Origin: an uncultured Deferribacteres bacterium
GTDB taxonomy: Bacteria > Zhuqueibacterota > Zhuqueibacteria > Zhuqueibacterales > Geothermadaptataceae
NCBI GenBank assembly: GCA_964014485.1
Contig: CAXHAT010000008.1
Coordinates: 6,958 to 70,957, forward strand
DNA: 64,000 bases
Direction: 5' to 3'
Shown: one piece after another, positions 56,070 to 64,000 of the stretch
Numbering within the stretch: position 1 is the first letter of the stretch
Layout of the letters: every line of letters starts with the position of its first letter
Position numbers and translations under genes: made by a program
The notes under the pieces: model-generated
Told to the model about the DNA's origin: nothing
The model's database searches: none
What the model saw: only the letters and a program-made list of their open reading frames with translations

Positions 56070-56786
56070 ATGTTGAAAAGCACCGCCTGCTATTTGATTG
56101 TAATCGCCTCGATCTTGACACTTGGCTGTCAACAAGAGCAGCCGCAACCGGAGCCGAAACAGGAAATCCCACCGACGGCGCATCCGAACTCCGCCGATTG
56201 GGACGATCTTTTTAACGCCGACCTCTCTAACGCCCAATACCCTGAAGGCATTTGGACTTTTGAAGAAGGCGTTTTAACAGCCACTGAAGATCAGAATATT
56301 TGGACAAGCAAAGATTACGACAATTTCATTGTCGATCTCGAGTTCAAAACCGACAACGGCACCAACAGCGGGGTTGCCGTATACTGCACCGACATAAACG
56401 ACTGGCCTTCCAATTCCGTCGAAGTGCAAATCACGGACGATTTTGCCGAGCAGTGGGCGAACGCGCCGAAAACAATGCAATGCGGCGCCTTTTTTGGTCA
56501 CAAGCCCGCCAGCAAGAGCCTTGTTAAAAAGCCCGGCGAATGGAACCGTTACACGATTACCTGCAAAGACAACATGATTTACGTCATGCTGAACGGCGAG
56601 CAGATCAACGAAATGGACATGACGTTGTGGACGGACGCCAAAACCAACCCTGACGGCAGTGAGATTCCTTCACACTTGAGCAAGCCCGTTGCCGAACTGC
56701 CCACGCACGGGCGCATCGGTCTGCAAGGTAAACATGCAGGAGCGCCGGTCTATTTTAGAAATTTGAAGATTAAGGTGATTGAGTAA
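56070..56786 (+). CDS. DUF1080 (3-keto-disaccharide hydrolase-like) lipoprotein
   Basis: Lipobox TLGC; Y.NF..DLEFK..NSGV, EVQI.DD, GEWN, GRIGLQGKH..VYFRNLKIK. Confidence 0.9.
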   Translation: MLKSTACYLIVIASILTLGCQQEQPQPEPKQEIPPTAHPNSADWDDLFNADLSNAQYPEGIWTFEEGVLTATEDQNIWTSKDYDNFIVDLEFKTDNGTNSGVAVYCTDINDWPSNSVEVQITDDFAEQWANAPKTMQCGAFFGHKPASKSLVKKPGEWNRYTITCKDNMIYVMLNGEQINEMDMTLWTDAKTNPDGSEIPSHLSKPVAELPTHGRIGLQGKHAGAPVYFRNLKIKVIE

Positions 56787-56791
56787 ACTGA

Positions 56792-56815
56792 AGAGACGCG
56801 ATGCATCGTGTCTCT
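56792..56815. repeat. GTAG-type REP palindrome (degenerate copy)
   Basis: AGAGACGCGATGCATCGTGTCTCT; one mismatch to the corresponding part of 59846-59873. Confidence 0.75.
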
Positions 56816-56836
56816 ATCAACTTGCGGAGGGAGAAG

Positions 56837-58072
56837 ATGAAAAAGACGTTTTATTTTTTGGCCCTGGTTGCTGCTGCGTTTTTTATGAGCTGTGAGCCTG
56901 TAAGTGAACAAGCTGCATTAAGCCTCGAAGATTATGCGGCGGTTCATGATCGCATTTTGACCGTTGACACACACATCGACTGGCCTTCACGGCAACTGCG
57001 TTCCCCGGATTTTGACCCGGGAAAACGCTATGAGCCGGGCGGCATGCAAAGCGGGCAATGGGATCTGGTTCGGATGAAAGAAGGCGGACTTGACGCAACC
57101 TTTATGTCAATCTACACCGGCCAACGCGAGCGTTCGCCGGAAGGTGATGAGGGTGCAAAGCAGCATGCACTCCAACTCATCGAAATCACCAACAAAATGG
57201 TCGCCGACTACCCTGATTTAGCGGAAATTGCCTTAACGGCGGACGATGCGTATCGAATTGAGAAAGCGGGAAAACGCGCTATTTTTATGGGCATGGAGAA
57301 CGGCTGGCCGATTGGCAAGGACATTAAAAATGTTGAGATGTTTTACAATTTAGGCGTGCGCTACGTCACGCTTTCGCATTCAAGAAATAATGACATCGCC
57401 GATTCTTCTACCGATGATGAACTGGAGTGGGGCGGACTGAGTCCGTTCGGCGAAGAAGTGGTTCGCGAAATGAACCGCCTCGGCATGTTGGTCGATATTT
57501 CTCATGTGCATGACTCAACTTTTTACGACGTTATGCGCATCACGAAAGCGCCCGTCGTTGCTTCACATTCCAGCGCCCGCGCCATGTGCGACCATCCGCG
57601 CAACATGAACGATGACCTGCTGCGCCTGGTCAAGGAAAACAACGGCGTGGTGCAGCTTTGTCTTTTGGGCAATTACATCAAACAGTTCCCGCCGAACGAG
57701 GAACGCGACGCGTTGCGACGAAAAGTGCGTTCAAATTTTCGTCGATACGGCAGCGGCGAAATGAGCGACGAGGAAAAAGCGGAGTTTGAACAAAATCTGA
57801 GCGATCTCCGCAACAAATTCCCGCGCGCCTCGCTTAGCGACGCCGTTGACCACATCGACCACATGGTCAAAGTCATGGGAATTGATCATATCGGCATTGG
57901 TTCCGATTTTGACGGCGGCGGCGGCTTGGCGAATATTGATGACGTGAGCGAAATGCCGAATATTACCAAGGAATTGATCGCGCGCGGCTATAGCGAAGAA
58001 GATATTCGCAAAATTTGGGGCGGGAATCTGATGCGTGTGATGCGGGACGCGATGAAAGTTGCTGAGAAATAA
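56837..58072 (+). CDS. Membrane dipeptidase (peptidase M19) lipoprotein
   Basis: Lipobox FMSC; DTHID, GMENG, TLSH, DISH, ASHS, HPRN, GIGSDFDGGG, KIWGGN. Confidence 0.92.
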   Translation: MKKTFYFLALVAAAFFMSCEPVSEQAALSLEDYAAVHDRILTVDTHIDWPSRQLRSPDFDPGKRYEPGGMQSGQWDLVRMKEGGLDATFMSIYTGQRERSPEGDEGAKQHALQLIEITNKMVADYPDLAEIALTADDAYRIEKAGKRAIFMGMENGWPIGKDIKNVEMFYNLGVRYVTLSHSRNNDIADSSTDDELEWGGLSPFGEEVVREMNRLGMLVDISHVHDSTFYDVMRITKAPVVASHSSARAMCDHPRNMNDDLLRLVKENNGVVQLCLLGNYIKQFPPNEERDALRRKVRSNFRRYGSGEMSDEEKAEFEQNLSDLRNKFPRASLSDAVDHIDHMVKVMGIDHIGIGSDFDGGGGLANIDDVSEMPNITKELIARGYSEEDIRKIWGGNLMRVMRDAMKVAEK

Positions 58073-58118
58073 GAGAACAAAAGTTTTGCCTGAAAGCTGA
58101 TACGACATCTTCATAGCT

Positions 58119-58898
58119 ATGCGCCTCTCCAACAAATCCATTGTCATCATTGGCGGTACAAGCGGGATCGGGCTGGCGGCGGCGCAAGCTTTTGTTGCTG
58201 AAGGTGCGAAAGTCGTGGCGTTAGGGCGGGATGACGAATATTTGAGCGAAGCCGTAAAGTTTTTAAACGATCAAGGGCGCGTCCTGTCGGGAGATGCAAC
58301 GAATCCGGAATCATCAAAAAAAGCGATTGCTTTGGCTCAGTCAACTTTCGGGGGCTTTGACGGACTTTATCACGTCGCCGGAGGCAGCGGCAGGTCTTTT
58401 GGCGATGGGGCGTTGCATGAGGTGACTGACGAAGGCTTGGAAAAAACGCTCTCGTTGAACTTCAATTCGCTGGTTTATTCAAACCGCGCCGCGCTTCAGG
58501 CTTGGTTGAAAAAGGGCCAGTCCGGCGTTATCTTGAATCTTGCTTCAGTGCTCGCGTTTTCTCCGTCTCCGAAATACTTTTCTACGCATATTTACGCTGC
58601 GGCAAAAGCGGCGATTATCGGCCTCACCACATCCGCCGCCGCGTATTATGCCGGCAAAAATATCAGGATAAATGCCTTGGCTCCGGGGCTTGTCGAGACG
58701 CCGATGGCGCAGCGCGCCGCCCAAAATCAGGAAATCATGAAATTCACCAAATCCAAACAACCTTTGGACGGCGGACGCATCGGCGCAGCGACAGACCTTG
58801 TCGGCGCAGCAACTTTTTTCATGTCCGAAGAAGCAAAATTTATTACTGGACAAGTGCTTGGCGTCGACGGCGGCTGGTCTATCAGCGAAGGCGTTTAA
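58119..58898 (+). CDS. Short-chain dehydrogenase/reductase
   Basis: GGTSGIG, HVAGGSGR, YAAAK, RINALAPG, ITGQVLGVDGG. Confidence 0.92.
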   Translation: MRLSNKSIVIIGGTSGIGLAAAQAFVAEGAKVVALGRDDEYLSEAVKFLNDQGRVLSGDATNPESSKKAIALAQSTFGGFDGLYHVAGGSGRSFGDGALHEVTDEGLEKTLSLNFNSLVYSNRAALQAWLKKGQSGVILNLASVLAFSPSPKYFSTHIYAAAKAAIIGLTTSAAAYYAGKNIRINALAPGLVETPMAQRAAQNQEIMKFTKSKQPLDGGRIGAATDLVGAATFFMSEEAKFITGQVLGVDGGWSISEGV

Positions 58899-58929
58899 AC
58901 ATCAATTCAGAGGGAAGGCAATTTAAGAA

Positions 58930-59823
58930 ATGAGTTATGCAATCGGCGTCGATCTTGGCGGAACGCGCATCAAATTGATCGTTGTTTCTCCTGACGGCGC
59001 GGTGATCACGAAAAAAATCGACCAGACGGCTGATGTTGGCGACGCTTCCTGGGCTGACAAAATCAAAAAGATGATTTCGGAAGCGGAGCGGGAACAAGGC
59101 AAAACCGCCGGTGCGGTCGGGCTCGCGGCGCCCGGGCTTGCAGCGCGAAATTTTCGCTCAATCATCTCAATGCCCGGTCGCCTTGAAGGACTTGAGCATC
59201 TGGATTGGACGGAATTTTTAGGACGGGAAAAAATTTCAACGATGTTGAATGACGCTCACGCCGCTCTTATTGGCGAACATTGGCTGGGAGCCGCTCGAAA
59301 TTATGATGATGCTATTTTGTTAACGCTTGGAACGGGCGTCGGCGGCGCGATTCTTTCAAACGGAAAATTAATGACGGGCCACATTGGACGCGCTGGACAT
59401 CTTGGACACATTTGTTTGGACAAATCAGGCGAGCCGGACAATGTAAATACGCCCGGCAGCATCGAAAGCATGATTGGAGAGCATTCCATCCCTCAGCGAA
59501 CGCGCGGCCTGTTTCCTTCTTCCAAGAAGCTTGTTGAAGCGCATCTCGCCGGTCATAAAAGAGCGACGGAAATCTGGCTGGAATCCGTTCACGCGCTTGC
59601 TTGCGCAATAACTTCATTTGTGAATATTCTTGATCCGGAAGCAGTGATTGTCGGCGGCGGAATCGCACAAGCTGATGATGCGCTGTTCAAGCCACTGGCA
59701 AAATATATGGGTGAAATGGAATGGCGCCCGGATGGACACAAGGTCAAAATCCTGCCTGCTGAACTGAATGATTGGGCTGGGGCGTTTGGAGCGGCGCGAT
59801 TCGCGATGACGTTTGAGCAATGA
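58930..59823 (+). CDS. ROK-family sugar kinase with an atypical sugar-binding motif
   Basis: GVDLGGT, NDAHAALIGE, TLGTGVGG, AGHLGH in place of AGExGH, no CxCGxxGC, LDPEAVIVGGG. Confidence 0.9.
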   Translation: MSYAIGVDLGGTRIKLIVVSPDGAVITKKIDQTADVGDASWADKIKKMISEAEREQGKTAGAVGLAAPGLAARNFRSIISMPGRLEGLEHLDWTEFLGREKISTMLNDAHAALIGEHWLGAARNYDDAILLTLGTGVGGAILSNGKLMTGHIGRAGHLGHICLDKSGEPDNVNTPGSIESMIGEHSIPQRTRGLFPSSKKLVEAHLAGHKRATEIWLESVHALACAITSFVNILDPEAVIVGGGIAQADDALFKPLAKYMGEMEWRPDGHKVKILPAELNDWAGAFGAARFAMTFEQ

Positions 59824-59845
59824 TTTGTTTAAATTGTACGGCATG

Positions 59846-59873
59846 GTAGAGACGCGATGCATCGCGTCTCTAC
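59846..59873. repeat. Perfect 28-bp GTAG-type REP palindrome
   Basis: GTAGAGACGCGATGCATCGCGTCTCTAC. Confidence 0.85.
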
Positions 59874-59896
59874 AAATCTCTTTGCAACGAAAAATT

Positions 59897-60691
59897 ATGA
59901 TTGAAAAAAAACCAACGTTCAACTATTTGGACAAGTGCCGAAGCCTTCTGCGCGCCGTTGAACGCCAAACGTCGAAAATTGAAAAGGCTGCGGATTGGTT
60001 TGCCGAGACCATCCTCGCCGACCGCATGGTGCATCTTTTCGGCTCCGGGCACAGCCGCATTATGGTCGAAGAAATGTGGCCGCGCTACGGTTCATTCCCG
60101 GGATTTAATCCCATCGTTGAACTGTCGTTGACTTTCCATAATCCGGTCGTTGGCGCGAATGGCCAGCGTCAGGCGATGTTCATTGAAAATGTCAGCGGAC
60201 TAGCCGCCCGGATTCTGCGAAATTTCGATTTGTCAAAGCAAGACTCCGCTTTGGTCATCTCGTCTAGCGGCTGCAACATTGTTCCGGTTGAAATGGCGGA
60301 AGAATTCAAAAAGCGTCAGATTAAAGTCGTTGCCATTGTCACCGCAAAACACGCTGAAGTTAGTTCAAGCAAACACCCTTCAGGCAAAAAACTGGCGGAT
60401 TTCGCTGACTTGGTCATTGATACAGGAGCCCCTGCCGGTGACGCAATGGTCAAAATCGACGATCTCGAGTCGCCCGTATCGCCTGGCTCAACCATTGGCG
60501 GCTGCATGATTGTCAATGCGCTCAAAGCCGAAATTGCACAGAGACTAACAGCAGCAGGCGCTCCTCCAAAAGTTCTTACTGCGGCATGTCTTGTTGGCGC
60601 TGAAAAATCTACTAAACTCTTTGAATCGGCCTACGACGAGCATGCGTATCGCGTGAGCAAGCTCTACGCAGGCTTCGGCCAGGAACGCTAA
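59897..60691 (+). CDS. SIS-domain sugar-phosphate isomerase-like protein (UPF0309-like)
   Basis: FGSGHS, ISSSGCN..PVEMA, SKHPSGKKL..ADLVID, GDA, PGST; ORF-track N-terminal extension runs through the REP. Confidence 0.85.
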   Translation: MIEKKPTFNYLDKCRSLLRAVERQTSKIEKAADWFAETILADRMVHLFGSGHSRIMVEEMWPRYGSFPGFNPIVELSLTFHNPVVGANGQRQAMFIENVSGLAARILRNFDLSKQDSALVISSSGCNIVPVEMAEEFKKRQIKVVAIVTAKHAEVSSSKHPSGKKLADFADLVIDTGAPAGDAMVKIDDLESPVSPGSTIGGCMIVNALKAEIAQRLTAAGAPPKVLTAACLVGAEKSTKLFESAYDEHAYRVSKLYAGFGQER

Positions 60692-60742
60692 CACAGCAGG
60701 AAAAGAAAGCTTCGGTTGCCAATGTGTTTGCGATCTTTTCGA

Positions 60743-60781
60743 AAAGTAACTTGGGAGTCAAATGCTTCAGCGTTTGTTTGG
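60743..60781 (+). repeat. Dispersed 40-bp intergenic repeat, copy 2
   Basis: Matches 12331-12370. Confidence 0.6.
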
Positions 60782-60887
60782 GCTGTTTTCAGTCACGAAC
60801 GATGAATAAATCATCGCACTCTAACCAAAGGTTACTCGGAAGCGCTGCTCGTACCTAAAAATTCCCAACCCCAAAACTACTTTTGAT

Positions 60888-61919
60888 ATGAATTCCACTC
60901 CCATTAGAACGACCGTCGTCGGTAGTTACTCCATGCCAGGCTGGCTGGAATTTGCTAGCCAAAATCTAAATCAATTCGGCAAAAAAGATATTGAAGAAAT
61001 GCAGGATGACGCTGTCATAGCAGCAGTCCATGATCAAGTTGCCGCAGGCCTCGACGTGATCACGGACGGCGAGCAAACGCGCCTGGATTTCAACTTGTCA
61101 TTTTATGGATTTTTGGAAGGCACTGAGTTGGAGTCCGAGAGTCCGCGCAAATGGGGGCCTCCGGCGCACGATCAACGGGGGAAACACAAAATCATCGGCG
61201 AAATCGCAGCGCCGCGCGGGCTTGGCGTTGTTGAAGAATTCGAAAGACTCAAACGCTTGGCGCCGTCAGGCCCGACCTTGAAAGCCAGCGTTCCCGGCCC
61301 GTTTACCATGACCGGCAGGTTTTTGCCGAACGCGCAATATCCGGATCGTTACGCCATGACGGAAGCGCTCATCCCCATCGTTCAAAAAGAGTTGGAAAGT
61401 CTCGTCGCGGCGGGATGTCAGGAATTGACGGTCGACGAGCCTTCGATGAGCTGCTACGCCTGGAAAGAAGACACAAAGCGATTTGTCGATATTTTCAATC
61501 GCACCGTTGAGCCTGTCGTTGGCAAATGTCGTCTGTCGACGCATCTCTGCTTTGGTAATTACAAAGGCCATCCGGTCGGCTACAGACGAATCTCGCCGAT
61601 GCTGCCGGATTTTCTTGATTTCAAGGTAGACGAGATTCACGTTGAAATGGCGAATCGCGAATTCACAGAGATTGAGTTGATCGCGGAATTCGCCAAACGG
61701 ATGGATGTCGCCGTCGGCGTCGTGGACGTCAAAAGTTATTACATCGAATCCGTCGACGATATTGTCGCGCGAATCAAGTTGTGTCTGGAGCATGTTTCGC
61801 CGGAAAAACTCTCAGTGGCCCCGGACTGCGGCCTGAGTCAGACCGCGCGCTGGGCGGCGAAGAAGAAGCTGCATAACATGGTCGCAGGAGCCCAAAAAGT
61901 GCGTAGTGAGCTGCAATGA
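60888..61919 (+). CDS. Single-barrel cobalamin-independent methionine synthase II-family (MetE-like) zinc protein
   Basis: TTVVGSY, AGLDVITDGEQ.R, VPGPFT, VDEP, zinc ligands HLC..E..PDCG; only 343 aa, so no N-terminal folate-binding barrel. Confidence 0.88.
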   Translation: MNSTPIRTTVVGSYSMPGWLEFASQNLNQFGKKDIEEMQDDAVIAAVHDQVAAGLDVITDGEQTRLDFNLSFYGFLEGTELESESPRKWGPPAHDQRGKHKIIGEIAAPRGLGVVEEFERLKRLAPSGPTLKASVPGPFTMTGRFLPNAQYPDRYAMTEALIPIVQKELESLVAAGCQELTVDEPSMSCYAWKEDTKRFVDIFNRTVEPVVGKCRLSTHLCFGNYKGHPVGYRRISPMLPDFLDFKVDEIHVEMANREFTEIELIAEFAKRMDVAVGVVDVKSYYIESVDDIVARIKLCLEHVSPEKLSVAPDCGLSQTARWAAKKKLHNMVAGAQKVRSELQ

Positions 61920-61961
61920 TGAACGCCGTTCTGATGCAAGCGGTGCCATGAAATCAATTCC

Positions 61962-63296
61962 TTAAACGAATTGGTTAATTAAGCACTCAAACAACTCTTG
62001 TTTCCCGCTCCTTTGTTTTGGTTCGCCGTTTTTCATGGCGTAATCCCGTAAATCTTCCAGAGAAAGATTCCCCGCTTCGAATTCCGCTCCGGTCCCGGAA
62101 TCATAAGAAGCATAACGCTCCGTGCGCCAATGACGATAATCCGAGTTTTCCAAAATATCATTGGCGATCAGGAGCGCTCTTGCGAACGCGTCCATGCCGC
62201 CGATGTGAGCGATAAATATGTCCTCAAGATCGGTTGAATTGCGCCGCGTCTTGGCGTCAAAATTCACCCCGCCAGTTTTGAACCCGCCCGCTTCGAGAAT
62301 GACGAGCATCGTCTCGGTCAATTCGTACAAATCCATCGGAAACTGATCCGTATCCCAACCGTTTTGATAATCGCCTCGGTTCGCGTCGATGCTGCCCATC
62401 ACGCCCGCGTTCGCTGCAACTTGCAGCTCGTGCTGCATGGTGTGACTGGCTAGCGTGGCGTGGTTGACCTCAATGTTGAGTTGAAAATCGCCCAATAAAT
62501 CGAATTCTCGCAAAAAGCCAATCGTCGTCGCGGCGTCAAAATCGTACTGATGCTTCATCGGCTCCATCGGTTTTGGCTCAATCAGAAACGTGCCTTTAAA
62601 TCCGTTCTTACGAGCGTAATCTTTTGCCATGTGAAAGAATCGCGCGATGTGCTCTTGTTCGCGCTTCATGTCGGTGTTCAGAAGCGACATGTAGCCTTCG
62701 CGTCCGCCCCAGAAAACGTAATTCTCACCGCCAAGCGCGATGGTCGCATCTAAAGCGTTTTTCACCTGCGTTCCGGCGTGGCACAAAACATGAAAATCCG
62801 GGTTGCTTGCCGCGCCGTTCATATAGCGGATATTGGAAAAAACATTGGCCGTTCCCCAAAGAAGTTTGACTCCCGAAGCCGCCTGCTTTTCTTTTGCATA
62901 CTCCACGATGGCGTGCAAACGTTTCTCGGACTCTGTGATGGAGTCCGCTTCATCGACCAGATCATAATCATGGAAGCAGTAAAACGGAACGCCCAACTTT
63001 GTGATAAATTCAAATGCAGCGTCCATTTTGTCGCGGGCGCGCTCAACCGCATTGCTTTTTGACATCCAGGGGAAGGATTTTGTCCCCCCTCCAAAAGGAT
63101 CTGCGCCGTCATTACAGAACGTGTGCCAATAACAAACGGCGAACCGAAAATGGTCGCGCATTGTCTTGCCCGCCACAACGCGATTTTCGTCGTAAAATTT
63201 AAATGCCAGCGGGTCTCGCGACTCTTTGCCTGCAAATTGGATTTTTGAGATGTTGGGGAAAAACGCTTTATCGCCGGTGGTGACGGATGTGCTCAT
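61962..63296 (-). CDS. xylA: Xylose isomerase (class II)
   Basis: [64 protein letters not shown]. Confidence 0.97.
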   Translation of the reverse strand: MSTSVTTGDKAFFPNISKIQFAGKESRDPLAFKFYDENRVVAGKTMRDHFRFAVCYWHTFCNDGADPFGGGTKSFPWMSKSNAVERARDKMDAAFEFITKLGVPFYCFHDYDLVDEADSITESEKRLHAIVEYAKEKQAASGVKLLWGTANVFSNIRYMNGAASNPDFHVLCHAGTQVKNALDATIALGGENYVFWGGREGYMSLLNTDMKREQEHIARFFHMAKDYARKNGFKGTFLIEPKPMEPMKHQYDFDAATTIGFLREFDLLGDFQLNIEVNHATLASHTMQHELQVAANAGVMGSIDANRGDYQNGWDTDQFPMDLYELTETMLVILEAGGFKTGGVNFDAKTRRNSTDLEDIFIAHIGGMDAFARALLIANDILENSDYRHWRTERYASYDSGTGAEFEAGNLSLEDLRDYAMKNGEPKQRSGKQELFECLINQFV

Positions 63297-63665
63297 CGCA
63301 GAGCTCCTTTTTTGATAGAAACGAATGGAATTTTGGAGAAACAGGATTCACTACCTGACACTTTTTACAGGCATCTGAAGCTGGCGAACAAGGCCGGATT
63401 TGTCATGCTGTAAGCATCTTTTTTGATCCAATCCTTGAACTTTTGGGCATGATTTATATTGGGCGATAACAAAGATTCCTTCAGAATGACAAAACGAGGC
63501 CTTTCGACGACTCGAAAATGAAGTTTATAAAAAGTGTCAGGTAGAGAGGAAACACGATAATTGCGACCGGCATAAATTCAAAAAAGATTCGAACGCGGCT
63601 GGCGTCAAACTTGTTTAGTCGGGAGTGCAATTGTTTCCGAAGAATGATAACGAAAGGAATTCGAC

Positions 63666-64000
63666 ATGAAATCATTCACACAAAAACTGACTCTACGATT
63701 TTTGTTCGTGCTGGCTGCTTTGGCGTTTCTTGCTTTTTCGAGCGAGAATGAGAGTAGTCTTGTTCAAATTTCAGGCGAAATTCGCCCAGTGGAATGGAAC
63801 TCCGATCATGAAGTGCTCACCATCGCCATCGTCCGTCCGCTTGAAAACGCTGACGATGATGAAATTGACGAGGAAGAATTTGTGATTGAAAACGACGAAA
63901 TCGGCGGCAAGCTGTTTTCAGAAATCGGCAGCCGCATTGACGCAAGCGGCGAAATCTATCTGGACGTCGACGGTGAAAAGGTCATCCGGATTAAGTCATA
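63666..64000 (+). CDS. Exported acidic hypothetical protein, partial (runs off window end)
   Basis: Not in the ORF track. Manual translation MKSFTQKLTLRFLFVLAALAFLAFSSENESSLVQISGEIRPVEWNSD..KVIRIKS; signal peptide, RBS AAGGA. Confidence 0.65.
   Translation, partial: MKSFTQKLTLRFLFVLAALAFLAFSSENESSLVQISGEIRPVEWNSDHEVLTIAIVRPLENADDDEIDEEEFVIENDEIGGKLFSEIGSRIDASGEIYLDVDGEKVIRIKS

Noticed and set aside
59813-59896. N-terminal extensions of the SIS ORF (and of ORFs at 56801, 21783, 20566, 54163, 47254, 50345)
   Set aside because: They read through REPs, terminators or promoters; downstream ATGs fit the family N-termini and, in several cases, an RBS better.
60692-60887. SAM or cobalamin riboswitch upstream of the MetE-like gene
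   Set aside because: No recognisable conserved cores were found by eye; only the 40-bp dispersed repeat is evident. An Rfam scan would settle it.
54138-64000. Genomic island integrated at tRNA-Glu
   Set aside because: No integrase, no duplicated tRNA 3' end seen, a normal terminator follows the tRNA, and composition resembles the rest of the window.

Overview
A gene-dense bacterial chromosomal segment with no rRNA, CRISPR array, prophage or intact transposase. T9SS-type C-terminal sorting domains, a PorV-like gene, a TonB receptor, orphan microcompartment vertex genes and the intergenic repeat types suggest an FCB-related lineage such as candidate KSB1 or Calditrichota (inference). It holds about 45 CDSs and four tRNAs (Pro, Arg, His, Glu). 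Housekeeping genes include dgt, nrnA, alaC, dapF, rdgB, a menA-like prenyltransferase and xylA. Also present are a two-subunit RND system, a FIST sensor/hybrid kinase pair, and intergenic spaces filled with several REP/MITE families, some nested. The best candidates for undescribed biology are: (1) an SDR-ROK-SIS-MetE-like gene run suggesting catabolism of a modified sugar with a zinc/thiol alkyl-transfer step; (2) a secreted, permuted SpoIVB-like protease paired with a beta-propeller protein; (3) a bacterial homolog of the animal tRNA-queuosine mannosyltransferase; (4) a small zinc-ribbon, possibly ribosomal, protein preceding two orphan microcompartment vertex genes; (5) a possible sensor-less sigma54 activator to ECF sigma cascade; (6) a 133-nt structured RNA candidate. 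All family assignments come from reading motifs by eye; no database searches were run.
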